Positions 37,201-49,877 of a stretch of 64,000 nucleotides of DNA are shown here, piece after piece. Source of the stretch: Chiloscyllium plagiosum (lineage: Eukaryota); NCBI RefSeq assembly GCF_004010195.1, contig NC_057751.1, positions 17,063,901 to 17,127,900 on the forward strand. The letters run 5' to 3'. The translations under genes and the position numbers were made by a program. Within the stretch, counting starts at the first letter, position 1, and every line of letters begins with the position of its first letter. Below the pieces are notes generated by a model, which had not been told where the DNA came from, did not search any database, and was given only the letters and a program-made list of their open reading frames with translations.

Positions 37201-39688
37201 CTAGCCGTGCCTGAGGTGATAGTCAAGAATTCCTGAAACTCCTTCAAAAAGTATTCCACAAATTTGGAATCCTTCAGGAGAAAAGGGTCCAAACATCAGT
37301 GCCGCAAACCTAGCCCCTCACTCTTGGCCTTAACCTCCAACTATACCACTGCGTGATCAGAGATAGCTATATTCCCAATTTTACAACCCATAATCAAATC
37401 CAGAAGGGCCGAGGGAGCCAGAAAGAGGTCAATCCTCATGTGGCATTTATGTGGGTTTGAAAAAAAGGTGAAGTCCCTGCCGGTAGGGTGAAGACATCTC
37501 CAAATATCCACCAGCCCCAACTCCTCGCATAAGTCAACCACCTGCTTGGCCTGCGAAGAGATAGTTGGGGGCCAAGAGGCATCCTGTCCACTGTTGGATC
37601 CAAAAGCCAGTTAAAATCCCTCCCTGTAATAATGTGCTCTGTTCCAAAGGCACTTAGAGAAAGCACTAATCAAAAATTTGAGGGGATGCGCTGGAGGACA
37701 GTAGACATTTAAAATGTTATATTCCTCCCCATGTATCAGGGCTATAAGTATCACAAAACATCCCTGCCCATCTTTCACCTGCTCTAATAATGGGAACGGA
37801 AGATTTTTCTGGATAAGTACAGCCACTCCCCGACTTTTAGTAGTAAAGGATGGAAAGAATACCCTGTCATAACCCCCCTGTTGTAACTTTAGGTGTAACC
37901 CATCATTGAGGTGGGTTTCCAGCAACAGAGCAATATCAATCTTTTCCCTCTCAAAGCGAGAAAACACTTTTTTTTCCTTTTAACAGGGAAACGACTTCCC
38001 TTGATGTTCCAGGTGCACCATTTACTAGGTCCACTTAGCCATATCCCCTTTCAGAGACCCTTGAACCCCTGGGAGGGAGAACCCTGCTTACAAAACGCTG
38101 AGCACAAGTAAATAAAGACTCATTGAGCTGACAAATTATGTGTACAAAAACTACTCTTTCATAACTACAAACAGCTATTACTACCAAATAACGACAAAGA
38201 AAGCCAACTATAAAACCTTGGATGGAAGACTCTTCCCCCTGCCCATAGGGGGCACTCACCCTACCCAACCCCTCTTTCACAGCTCCTTCAAACCCGGACT
38301 GTGCCCCAGGCTTAGCCCAGAAAAATAAAGGAGACGATCATTAAATCAACAGAAAGAAAGACCCAAATCCAAACCACCCATCCCTGGCTTCATGTCACCC
38401 CTACTTGTGACTAAAAGAGAAACAGAAAAAAGGGGAGAGACAACAAAGAGCATTCACAAGATTTCCCGTCAGAAAGTCCAGTCATTAAAAAAAAGGAACA
38501 ACTTATTCGAAGTTTTTTTACCCGCTTTCCAAAAAGGAAATTATTAGAGAGTAAGAAAGGAATAAAAAACATGGGGAAAGAAGGAAAAGAGAATGAACAT
38601 TAACCATATTCTTCAGGCCAGTTCGTCTATTTTAAAGTGTCTACAAAGTTTGTAGCCTTATCTGCCGAGTCAAATGTATAAACTGAGTCCTCGTAGCTGA
38701 AACGGAGTATTGCGGGGTATCTCATGGACTACTGGATGCCCAGGTTCCTCAGCCTCTTTTTAACGTCGTCAAAGGACTTCCTCCTTCGAATTACAGCTGC
38801 AGAGAAATCCTGGAAAGACATGATTTTTGACCCCCTTGTACAGCAGCGCCTGCGGATCTTTTCCCAGGGATCTGGAAGCTTCCACGACTCTTCGCTTGTC
38901 CTTATATGAGTGGAGGTGCACTAGGACCGGGCGGGGGTGCTGCACCGGCCCTGACCTGTGCACTGTAACCCGATACGCCCTCTCAATCTGCAGCCTGCTG
39001 GACTTGACGTGAAGGCCCGAAAACTTCGCTAGCAACGAAGCTGACTGGCTGCTCACCTTCCTCACCTTCAGGGAGCCCGCCAATTCGGAGATTAGGTCCT
39101 CCGACCTCGGTTTTCGAGGTCGTCTCGCTCGGCCCGCACCTCTCGCTCCAGCAGCTGGATCCGACTGGATGAGGAACTCCATCGCAGCTTCCGAGGCCTC
39201 AGTTCGACCCTCCACCTCCTCCAGCCTCTCCCCGAGGCCCTGGGTCTCCTGCTCGTACCTCTGCGGCATGGATGCGATAGGTTGGACCTGGGCACGAATC
39301 TCCCCACGGGTCTCCCCAATCGCAGCCCCGACCTTCGAGGTAAGTCTCGCCATCGCCGCAGCCAATTCCTGTGAGTCTGTCAGGTCCCCCGGGAAGTTCA
39401 GGAGAGGCTGCTGTCGCTGCAGTCTCTGGTGTGCTGCAGGGGAGTGTCCTCCCTGCTGCTGTTTGCTCACTCCTTTTCCCTTTGGCATTCCTTCCCAAAT
39501 ATTAGTCTGTCAGGTCCCCCGGGAAGTTCAGGAGAGGCTGCTGTCTGGTGTCCTCCCTGCTGCTGTTTGCTCATTCCTTTTCCCTTTGGCATTCCTTCCC
39601 AAATATTAACAAATATGTGTTTTGTAAGGTTTTAAAACTAATAATTCCACCACACACAAAAAAAAGCCTTGGCTGTTCGGCAGAGCTG

Positions 39689-39859
39689 AAAATGTGTTGC
39701 TGGAAAAGTGCTGGAGCAGGAGAATCGACGTTTCGGGCATGAGCCCTTCTTCAGGAATGATATTCTCCTGCTCCATGGATGCTGCCTGACCTGCTGCGCT
39801 TTTCCAGCAACACATTTTCAGCTCTGATCTCCAGCATCTGCAGTCCTCACTTTCTCCTA
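39689..39859. mobile_element. Palindromic hammerhead-bearing short element inside the L1 5'UTR
   Basis: Same family and same hairpin junction as the 34024 copy; minus-strand CUGAAGA-a-GGGC-ucau-GCCC-GAAA-C-GUC at 39727-39754; direct repeat ggcagagctg at 39679-39688 and 39860-39869. Confidence 0.82.
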
Positions 39860-39961
39860 GGCAGAGCTGTCCTCAGAGTTCTACAGAAAGGCCCCCATCT
39901 TGCCGACCGCACCCCCCCCCCTTGTGTTTAATGTGATGTGGAGGGGCCTGTGTTGGACAAC

Positions 39962-40580
39962 GTTGAAAATCACAACAGGTTATTGTCCATCAGGTTTAAG
40001 TGGAAGCATTAGCTTTCGGAGCGCTGCTCCTCCAACAGGTAGCTGTGGAGTAGGACCATAAGACACAGAATTTATCGCAAAAGATTAGTGTCAGGCATGA
40101 AATGATATATTGAACAAACCTAGACTGCTGTTAAATCCAACATCTTTTAGAATGGGTTGCAGCCTTTGGTTCATTTATATGAAAATCCCAGCACTTCTTT
40201 TAAGTCACATTCTCGAGATAGCTTAAGGTTTTATTTTAACCAAAAACTTAAGTTACCTCAGCCCATTGTCTGAGCTGAGATGTCACCTTTTTTTTTTAAA
40301 TAAAACCTTAAGCTATCTCGAGAATGTGACTTAAAAGAAGTTCTGGGATTTTCATATAAATGAACTGAAACCTGCAAACCCATTCAAAAGATGAAAGACT
40401 TTCGCAGCAATCTAGATTTGTACAATATATCATTTCAGTTGCATGGCACTGTAACCTTTTGCAATAAATTCTGTGTCTTATTCTGTTCCACAACTACCTG
40501 ATGAAGGAGCAGCGCTCGAAAACTTAATGTTTCCAAATAAACCTGTTGGACTATAACCTGGAGCAGTGTGATTTTTAACT
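39962..40580. mobile_element. About 620-bp foldback element with a hammerhead core in each arm
   Basis: Long inverted repeat centred near 40270; plus-strand CTGATGA-a-ggagc-agc-gctc-GAAA at 40498-40521 and a degenerate mirror copy at about 40010-40040. Confidence 0.75.
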
Positions 40581-41299
40581 CTGCCCCCCACCCCCCTCTG
40601 CTGGCCTAACCATGCCACTGCATAAGCAGCCAATTTATTTCTGGCAGCGAGCACCAGAAATCTCTCACCGATCAACCAGTCCTCCAGGGAGAGTGGATCA
40701 ATCTCCCAACATATTGATCACCCAGTCCTCCAGGTGTTTCTGCATTGACGTCCGATCACATCGATGGGCCAGTCCTCCGGGGGGGGGGGATTAATAGCTG
40801 CTGCTCCTCGGATGCTGCCCGAACTGCTGTGCTCTTCCAGCACCACGAATCCAAAATCTGGTTTCCAGCATCTGCAGTCATTGTTTTTACCGGGATGGGT
40901 TAATACCCCATCACAAGTGGATGATGGTGTGCCTTTAACGGGTCATAGTGAGATTCCACGTAAAGGGGTAACAGAATGTACAAAGTCACAGTGGGTCACA
41001 CAGCTCAACACTTCCCACCCAACACTTTGATCTTTTTAACCCTGAGAGTTACATCCAGCTCCTCCTTAAAATCATTGAATGTTTTACACCTGACCACTTG
41101 CAGTGGCACTGAATTCCACATTCAACCCCGTAATCTTCAACCCTTCCCCACTCCTGGTCATCAGCAACATCCTTCCTGCATTCACCCTTCGCAACAAGAC
41201 CCATCTGCAGCCTGAGACCTTACCATCAAAGCATTTACCTGTTGGAAATGTGACAACAGCGAGAAGAATCTGAAAGGAAAGGTTAACAAATGTATTTGG

Positions 41300-43798
41300 T
41301 TAACAGATAAATCTGAGTAAATGGATTTGCAAGCATTTCTTTAAGCTGCTAGTCTGGGTCACGGTATAAATTGCCGTGTTCATGCAGCAACTGAGGAGCT
41401 GCAGCATAAAACCCAATTCCTGCAGATCAGTGGACAGGTGCAGAGTTAGAAGAATGCAGCGCAGTACAGGCCCTTCGGCCCTCATCATACATGCTGGCCA
41501 CCCGCCAGTCTACAGAGAAAACCATATGCAATGACCATAAGAGGATAAAATTGGCTGAGAGGAGGAACGGCTGAGAGGAGGAACGGCAAGACTTTCTTTG
41601 ACTCTCCATCTCTTGATCTCTGGGAGCCTTCTCACTGCTCTGAACCCGGAGTCTCCTATGGGCTCTACTGGTCACTAAAATGTGTCTGACCGTGAAACAT
41701 TAAGGAGCAATATCAGGACAAATGGAACACATGGATTTAAAGCGATATAGAGGAGCTCAATTGTCCCATTGACTCCACTGACCAGCCGATGTTACCAGAC
41801 AAAACCAAGGGAAGTTACCTATTCGATAATAACCCCAAAACACGAAATACCAGAATATATCTTTTACACAATTTGATTGCAGACATTGTTGCCAGCACCA
41901 CAGCCGCCGTTTTCTCATTGCAATATCGACTTTTCAGCTTCTGGCAACAAATGGCCACAAATCGATCAAAGCTGAAAGCAACGGTGAACCAGACGGAGCA
42001 GTCGTTGACTGCGTATACTAGGACAGAGTGGATATTACATGCGTAGAGAGACATCAGGAAATACATTTTATAAGAAATCGCCACATGTCTCAATATCAGA
42101 TCAACAAATAATGACAGACAGATCTGCAATGGCCATAGCCAGCAGGTAATGAGTGATACATCTTGACAGCCCACAGTTTCTGCAAAGCACGATGAAAATT
42201 GTCATTGAGTTAGCTGAAAGGAAGGAAAAAGCAAAACATTAGACATTGGTCAATGGGAGAAGACATTAGTTTGATTGAAAAAACTATTGAGGTTTTCAAA
42301 TGTACACACTACAGAAATGATTACATTTGAATTACAAAATAACCAGTCTGAACTATTTTGAAACATGAATGCAAATGTCAGGGAGGCACTCGCTCCTCAA
42401 ACTGGAAGTTACACGATACCAAGTTGTAGCCCAAACTGTTTATTTGCAATCATAAGCTTTTAGAGTGCTGCCATTTTGCCCACTTAACCTGTTGAAGAAT
42501 TAGCTCTCCAAAAGCTTGTGGCTTCAGATAAACCGTTGGAGTGTAACCTGTATGACTTCTGGCGTTGTCCATTCCAGTCCCAGAACCACGCATCCACATC
42601 ATCACTCCTCATACCAACAGGTAAATATGTATGAAGTTGCCATCGTGAGACTGAAACATCACTTATCAGTCACTAAAACACAAACGTTATTGGAAATGGA
42701 TGGCCTTTTTTTTGTTCCAAAATTAGATTCATTCACGTTTGTGTCTGTGTGTTGGTGTGTGAGAGAACAGAGAATTAGAAAGGGATGAGGGTCTGTGCTC
42801 ACAAAGAATCGGCAAGGGATTTGGAGAAAATGGGATTAACAGTGGAGCCGAGAGGTATTGGGCTTGGGAGCAACTGGAATCCAAGATTCACAATGGAACA
42901 GGGAGTGACAGAGAGGATGAGGTCATTGAGGACCATAGATTGATGCGGGTGCCAGGAGTAATGGGGGAACTGGAAGTGGCTGGCGGGGGGGGGGGGGGGG
43001 TGGCGTTAGAACAAAGCTGCAATTGCCAGGAGATCATGAAGTTACAACTTAGTTGGCAGTGATTGGGAAGTAGAGAGTGAAAGAGCAGTTTGCAGTGACA
43101 GTTGAATAGGAATACTCAGCTATGGTACTCAGCGTCAGGGAGGATGTAAGGGATGCAGGAAGGAGTTAAAAGGAAGTGTGGAGCAGCAGAGGATTATTTT
43201 GTGAGACAGGAGCGTGCAGACTCAGAAAAAGCTACCTCCCTTGAATTCTCATCAATAAGTTCTCTCAAACAAGAGGCAATGCGACACACAGATTTTGTTG
43301 GTGGGAGATTTATGAGCGAAACAAGGAAGAATGAAAAGAAAATGAGGGAAGTGACAATCCATTAAGGACAAAATGGAAAGAACAAGATGTTGAGTTAAGA
43401 CTTCAAACTCTCAGACATACAATTAAGACCCCTGAATTTTCACATCCGAAAAACTTTTTCATGTTTTTTCATGCTATGACAACAAGCAGACATTCTCTAA
43501 GTTTCGTGTCATGGGTTTAATATAGTCAGGGGATGGGGTGGGGGAAGAGTTGAAAAATCACTGAGACTCAATCGCAACAATACTAGCAGGGAGAGTGCCA
43601 GAACAAACTGATCAGGGAAACACTGCGGTTCATCAACAGCTGTGTGGCAGACTTACCAGTGACTCCAACAAAAGCCATGAAGGGATAGGAAAAGTACTTG
43701 ATAAGGAAAATCAAATGTGTGTGCCAACCGCCTGACCCAGGCCACGAAATAAGATAGTAAAGGGACCAGGATAATCCCCTATCCCATTATTGGAGCAT
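41300..43798 (-). pseudogene. Two-exon class A GPCR pseudogene (GPR139/GPR142-like)
   Basis: Exon 1 at 43798-43657 (ATG, in-frame TAA at codon 4, ...YPFMAFVGVT|gtaagt); exon 2 from 42213 (ttcag|, NCGLSRCITHYLLAMAIADL, frameshift, SVWFTVAFSFDRFVAICC, LQLLSCCMNTAIY). Confidence 0.8.
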
Positions 43799-44305
43799 TT
43801 CAATCTGTTGTTCTCAGATTTGGATCTCTGATTTCCCACTCTTTGGTGCTGCAAATCCCTGTCAGTGTTGAAGGTGACGCTCTGGGATAAGATGCTGAAA
43901 ACCGTCTTTTATTCACGGAAGAGGGGATGTGGACAGCTCAGACCTAAATGTTGATCAGAATGCATAACAGCTGCTTCTCCCGAAGTGCATGAACATTCGC
44001 AGCATGCAAAAAGACCGTTTGACTCATCTGTGAGCCAACGATGCCCCCTGTCGGGCAGAAAGTGAATATTGATACATTCCGAAGAGAACCTTTTCTCTCT
44101 CTGTCTCTGCCTCTCCCTCGTTTCTCTGCATGAATGCTTACGCTGTGTCCGAAAATGTGCTGCCGTAACTTTACGGCAACTAAGTGTAAGCTCAACCACC
44201 TCAAATTAATTGGAATTATGCTCTGTCTCTCATTGAAACCAGCAGCACATGTATCCATTGCTTCAATGTCAGGCTTGAGCTTGGTTGAGCTGTACTCCCT
44301 TGGAG

Positions 44306-44488
44306 GAGAAAGTGAGGTCTGCAGATGCTGGAGATCAGAGCTGAAAATGTGTTGCTGGAAAAGCGCAGCAGGTCAGGCAGCATCCAGGGAACAGGGCCTG
44401 ATGAAGGGCTTATGCCCGAAACATCGATTCTCCTCTTCCCTGGATGCTGCCTGACCTGCTGCACTTTTCCAGCAACACATTTTCAGCT
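44306..44488. mobile_element. Palindromic hammerhead-bearing short element, TSD-flanked
   Basis: Plus-strand CTGATGA-a-gggc-ttat-gccc-GAAAC at 44398-44422; 16-bp TSD ctgtactcccttggag (44290-44305 and 44489-44504). Confidence 0.85.
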
Positions 44489-45129
44489 CTGTACTCCCTT
44501 GGAGAACCATTTACCATATATATGCTCAGGAGCACCCGGTGAATATAATGCAAGATTGACACAAGCAGCGATGAGGGATGTGGGGAGTAGGAAGAGAGAG
44601 ACAGGGACAGGGGTTCTGTCCTGATTGTTTTCAAGATCGATAAACTGAAACGCTACTGTGACAGACGTCCACTACAGGCACACCCACTTCAACCATTAAA
44701 TGAGTTGCTTCTTTCTCTGAAAGAAACTTGTCCATTTATTATGGGAATTCAGCGGTACTGAATATGCTGCAAACTTGATAGTTCATAATTTTTAGATTTG
44801 CTATTTGGTTTGTGTCCTGATGAGCCACTGATCATATTCATAGGAGGTTGACAGTGCACTCATAGCAATGAATACCACTTCCTTCATAATTTTACATGTT
44901 GTGATAAGACCTATCCCATTCTTTGAAATTCCAATGAGTATTGTCTCAGCTATTTGGTCTGTCCTCATAAGCCAACTCCATGTCAACCTAGTGAACCTTT
45001 TCCACTCCCATCCAGTGCCGTTACGTCATTTCTCAAGTAAGGATACCAAACCTACACACAAGGTTCCGGTTATGGGATCATCGGCATCCTGTCCAGCTGC
45101 AATGTGAATTCCAAGTGTTGAAACTCCCT

Positions 45130-48100
45130 CTGTCTCACAATGAACAAAGAAACCATACAGCCCAGGAAACGGCCCTTCGGTTCTCCAAGCCTGTGCCGAT
45201 GCAAATCCTTTACCTCGACCTACCGCCCAATTCTGAAGGATTCGTATCCCTCTCTTCCCCACCTTCTCATGCCTCTCTCCGGATTCACCTTAAATCAATC
45301 TACACTGCCTGCCTCTAATACCTCTGCTGGCACCTACCACCCTCTGTGTAAAGTACTTGCCACGTGTATCCCCCTTAAACATTTCTCCTCTCAACTTGAG
45401 CACGTGACCTCTTGTTATTGAATCCCTCACCCTGGGAAAAAAGCTTATCTCCATCCACCCTGTCTCTACCCTTCATGATATTTGTAGACCACAATCCAGT
45501 CCAACCTCAATCTCCTTTTTTCTAATGAAAACAATCCTCACCTACTCAACCTCTCTTCATAGCGAGCACCTTCCATACAGGGCAACATCCTCATAAACTT
45601 CCTCTGCACCCTCTCCAAAGTGTCCACATCCTTTTACTAATGTCGCGACCAGAACTGCACACAGCATTCTAAATGTGGCTGAACCTACTCTTAGACAATT
45701 TTTACATGACCTGCCAGCTTTGATATTCAGCACACTGTCCGATGTAGGCCAAACATACCATATATCATCTTGACCACTTTATCGATCTGTGCAGGGTATA
45801 AATGAACCCGAGCTCCCAGATCTCTCTGCTCGTCGACTTGTCCCGAGGCTCTTCCACTCGAGAATAGTTCACTCAAGAACTAGACCTCCCAAACTGCATC
45901 GTCTCACATTTGCCCAGATTGAACTCGCCAGTCTGTGAAGATTCTCCTGCATTCTTTGACAGTCACCTTTGCTATCTGCTACTCCACCAATCTTCCTGTC
46001 AACTGCAAACTTACTGAATTGAATCAAATTTATTGTCCCGCGTACCAAGGCACAATGAAAAGCTTTGTCTTGCAAGCTGCACAGGCAGATCACGGAGCTT
46101 AGTAGCATCCATAAGTAAATAATAGGTAAACAGCGGCAAAAACAAAAACATAGCTACAGATGAGTGTTAAGACTTTGTGAGTCCATTCAGTGTTCTAACA
46201 ACAGTAGGGTATAAACTGTTCCTAAACCGGCTGGTGTGTGTGTGTGTGTGTTCAGCCTTCTGTACCTTCTCCCCCCGATGGTAGAGGCTGGAGAAAAACA
46301 TTGCCAGGGTGGGATGGAGCTTTGAGAATGCTGGCGGCCTTTCCCTGACCGCGGGCCTGGCAGATGGATGCTATAGCGAGGAGGTTGGCCTTTGTGAGTG
46401 TCCGGGCCGGGTTCACCCCTCTCTGTAACCGTCTCCGACCTTGAATGGGTACACAGTTTCCGTACCAGGTCGTGATACGTCCAGACAGAACGCTCTCGAT
46501 GGCGCACCGATAAAAGTTGGCGAGGGTATTCGCCATCATGCCAAATTTCCTCAGCTGACTGAGGAAGAAGAGACGTTGTTGGGCCTTTGTAACCAGTGTT
46601 TTTTTACATGCAGAGTCCAAGAAAACTTGTCATGACCACTCCAGGAAATTGACATCCTCCACTCGTTCCACCTCTGAGCTGTTAATGTGCAGCGGGAGCA
46701 TGATTAACATGCCACCAAAAGTCAATGATGAGTTCCTTGGTTTTGCCGGCATTGAGAGTTAGGTTGCTCTCAGTGCCCCATTTTTCCAGGTCTTCTGTCT
46801 GTAGTCTGCTTCTTCGCCATCTGAGATTCGACTGACTGTAATGGTGTCATCAGTGAACTTGTGAATGGCATTAGTCTGGTATTGGGCCATGCAGTCATGG
46901 GTATACATGAGCATGTACACCTGGGGGCGCCAGTGTTGAGTATTAGTGAGGATGAAATATTGTCCCCAGTCTTCACAGTTTGTGGCCTGTGCATCAGGAA
47001 ACTGAGGATCCAGTTGCAGAGAGTGGGGCTTTGCCCGAGATCACTAAGTTTAGTAATCAGACTCGAAATGATATTAATGTTGACGGCTGAACTGTAGTCA
47101 ATTAGTAGGATTCTTTCGTAGCTGTTCTTGATGTCAAGATGCTCTCGGGATAAGTGAAGGGCAAGTGATATGGAATCTGACATCAATCTGTTGGTCCGAT
47201 AGGCAAATTGGAGAGGGTCAAGAGTCATGGGGAGGCTGGAGGTGAGCAGACCTTCAAAGCACTTCATGACCACCGAAGTTAGGGTCACTGGGCGGTAGTC
47301 ATTGATACATCCTGCATGAGCCTTGCTCAGCACAGGGATGATATTGGCCCTCTTGAAACAGGCAGGGACAGTGGCCTGCCACAGGGAGAGGTTGAAGATG
47401 TCTGAGAAGATCTCTGCCAGTTGATCTGCGCATGATTTGAGTGCACGGCCTGGTACTCCGTCTGGTCCCATTGCTTTCCTTGGATTCACATGAAGGAAAA
47501 CTGATCTGACCGTCGATGCAGTGACTGTTTGGATAGGTTCAGCAGGACTTGTCAGAATATGTGTTAACTCTCCACCAACATTCTGCTCAAAGCGAGCACA
47601 GAAGGCATTGAGACGATCTGGGAGGGATATGTTATCATCTGCTACCTTGCTCTGTCTCTTTTTCGAACCTGTGATGTCACTTAGTCCTTGCCATAGTCGC
47701 CGGGTGTCTGTCTGTGTCTCTAGTTTGCATGTCTATTGGTCCTTGGCTGGTCTTAATGGCTCTGTGATGGCCATACTTGGCTCCTTTACATTTGAGTGGG
47801 TCTCCTGATCTGAAGGCCTCACGCCTGGTTTTTAGCAGGTTCTGTATGTCCTGATTCATCCAGGGCTTCCTGTTGGGGACCACCGTTATTCAGTCAACGC
47901 ACTCGCTGATAAAGTCTGTGACAGTGCTGGCATACGCGTCCGAGTACCTGCGGACTGTTATAACATGGTCCAATCAGCCGATTCCAGACAGCACCGGAGT
48001 TGATCCTCTGTCTCCTCCAACCAGCTCTGGACCTGGCGAGGGGGGGTCTCCTGATCAGACCACCAATGCCCACTTCCAGATCATTTATGTACATCGCAAG

Positions 48101-49250
48101 CAACAGTGGCCCCAGCACTGATCCTTGTGGAACACCACTGGTAATGTTGCTCCATTTCGAGAAACTCCCTTCAGCTACTGGTCTCTGTATCATGTTGCTC
48201 AAACAGCTCTTTATCCACCGAGCTAGGACACCCTGAACACCATTTGACTTTACTTTCTCCATTAGTTTACCATGGGGAACCTTATCAAACGCCTTACTAA
48301 CGCCCATGTATATGATACCTACATCCTTTCCTTCATCTATCAACTTGGTCACTTCCTCAAAGAACTCTATTAAGTTGGTAAGGCATGATCGCCCCAGCCC
48401 CCTCCACAAAACCATCAGTGATAAGCCTATTATTTTCCAATTATAAATACATTCAGTATTCTCTCCAACAACTTTCCCACCACTGACGTCAGGCTCACTG
48501 GTCTGTAGTTACCTGGAATGTCCCTACTACCCTTCTTGTACAGGGACACAACATTAGCAGCTCTTCAGTACTCCGGCACCTCACCTGTATTTAAGGATGC
48601 TACAAAGGTATCTGTCAGGGCTCCAGCTATTTCCTCTCTCGCCTCCCGCAGCACCCTGGGATAGATCCCATCCGATCCTGGGGATTTGTCCACCTAATAT
48701 CCTGTAGCCTACCCAACATGTCTTCCCTCCTTATGTCAACGTGATCCAAAGTAAATCAACTTTTACCTCTCATCTCAACATTCACCGTACCCCTCTCCTC
48801 AATGAACACTGAGGCAAAGTAATCATTGAGAGTCTCCCCCATTTTCTCAGGTTCGACCCACAACCTTCCTTCCTTATCCTTTAGTGGACCAAAACGCTCT
48901 CTTGCTACACTCTTGCTTCTTGTATGTGAATATAATACCTTGGGCTACTCCTTAATTCTGCTCGCTAGAGTTCTTTCATGACTCCATTCAGCTTGACTCC
49001 CCATTTAGGATTCTCCTGATATTCCTCCAAGGCCCATTCTATACTTAGCTGCCTGGGCCATGTATGCTTCCCTGTTCCTTTTAGCCCATCACATGATTTC
49101 TCCTGTCATCCCCGGTTCACGAATCTTGCCTTTCCTATCCCTTGTTTTCAAAGGGACATACGTTTACTGCACCAGCGTCAAGCTATGTTTGAAACACTCC
49201 CACGTATCAAGTGAAGGAGAATATTCAATTTGTTTTCTTAATTACCTGCT
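45130..49250 (-). mobile_element. CR1-like LINE fragment, interrupted by a Rex1-like element
   Basis: RSCLTNLIEFFEEVT..KAFDKVPH..SGVPQGSVLGPLL..YINDL (48415-48055), continuing as SKFA at about 46015. Confidence 0.82.
46017..48050 (-). mobile_element. Rex1/Babar-like LINE fragment
   Basis: KAMGPDGVPGRALKSCADQLAEIFSDIFNLSL..LDPLQFAYR; KAQQRLFFL..FYRCAIESVL..TTWYGNC. Confidence 0.8.
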
Positions 49251-49877
49251 GCATCTGCACATCAATCGTCTGTGAGTCACGCACCCTCTGAGTCGTAGCA
49301 TATAAAAATTAGTTTATTGTGCTGTTAATCCTTCCACAATGGATGACTTTACATTCTTTGTAACTTTACCAACTTTGTAATCCATCTGACGCACTCTAGT
49401 CCAGTTGCATAAGTTCTCTATGTCCCTCTGCAGACTTTGCATTTCCACCCATCACAGTGTCATCTGTGAACATTGACATGTGGCCCAGATTCGAAATCAT
49501 TAGTGTAGATTGGAAACAATTGCGACCCCAACACTGATCCTTGAGGCAAACCAGTAGCTACTGATTGTCCACCCCAAAATCAACACCTCTCCGCATTTCC
49601 TGCTTTCTTTTCGTTAGTTAATCCTCTATCCATGCTAATGCATTAACAAGAACACCATGCACCTTTACTTGCTGCAGCAGCCTTTTGTGTGATCCATGTC
49701 ATCTGAAGCTTCAGAGGCACCACATCCACTGATTCCCCATTCTCCACCGCGCTCGAAATGCCCCCTCAGAATTCCAGCTCACGTAACGTGTCATGTGAAT
49801 ATGCTCAGATGGGAATTTCAATCAGAAACAAGAGCAAAATGATCATGTGGCACTTGATACCCATCGGGCCCAATGCA

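Larger units (their letters stand above)
33733..39921 (-). mobile_element. Full-length degenerate L1/Tx1-type LINE (ORF1 about 39488-38630, ORF2 about 38042-34300, frameshifted)
   Basis: ORF1 IERAYRV..PRPVLV; ORF2 APE start TWNIKG and ISDHA; RT motifs KAPGPDGLPGEFYK, YRPISLLNSDFKIL, QGCPLSPLLF; A-rich 3' end; G-rich 5' end with CAAGATGG. Confidence 0.9.

Noticed and set aside
33733..39921. Active L1
   Set aside because: Multiple frameshifts and stops, two nested insertions, and no TSD identified
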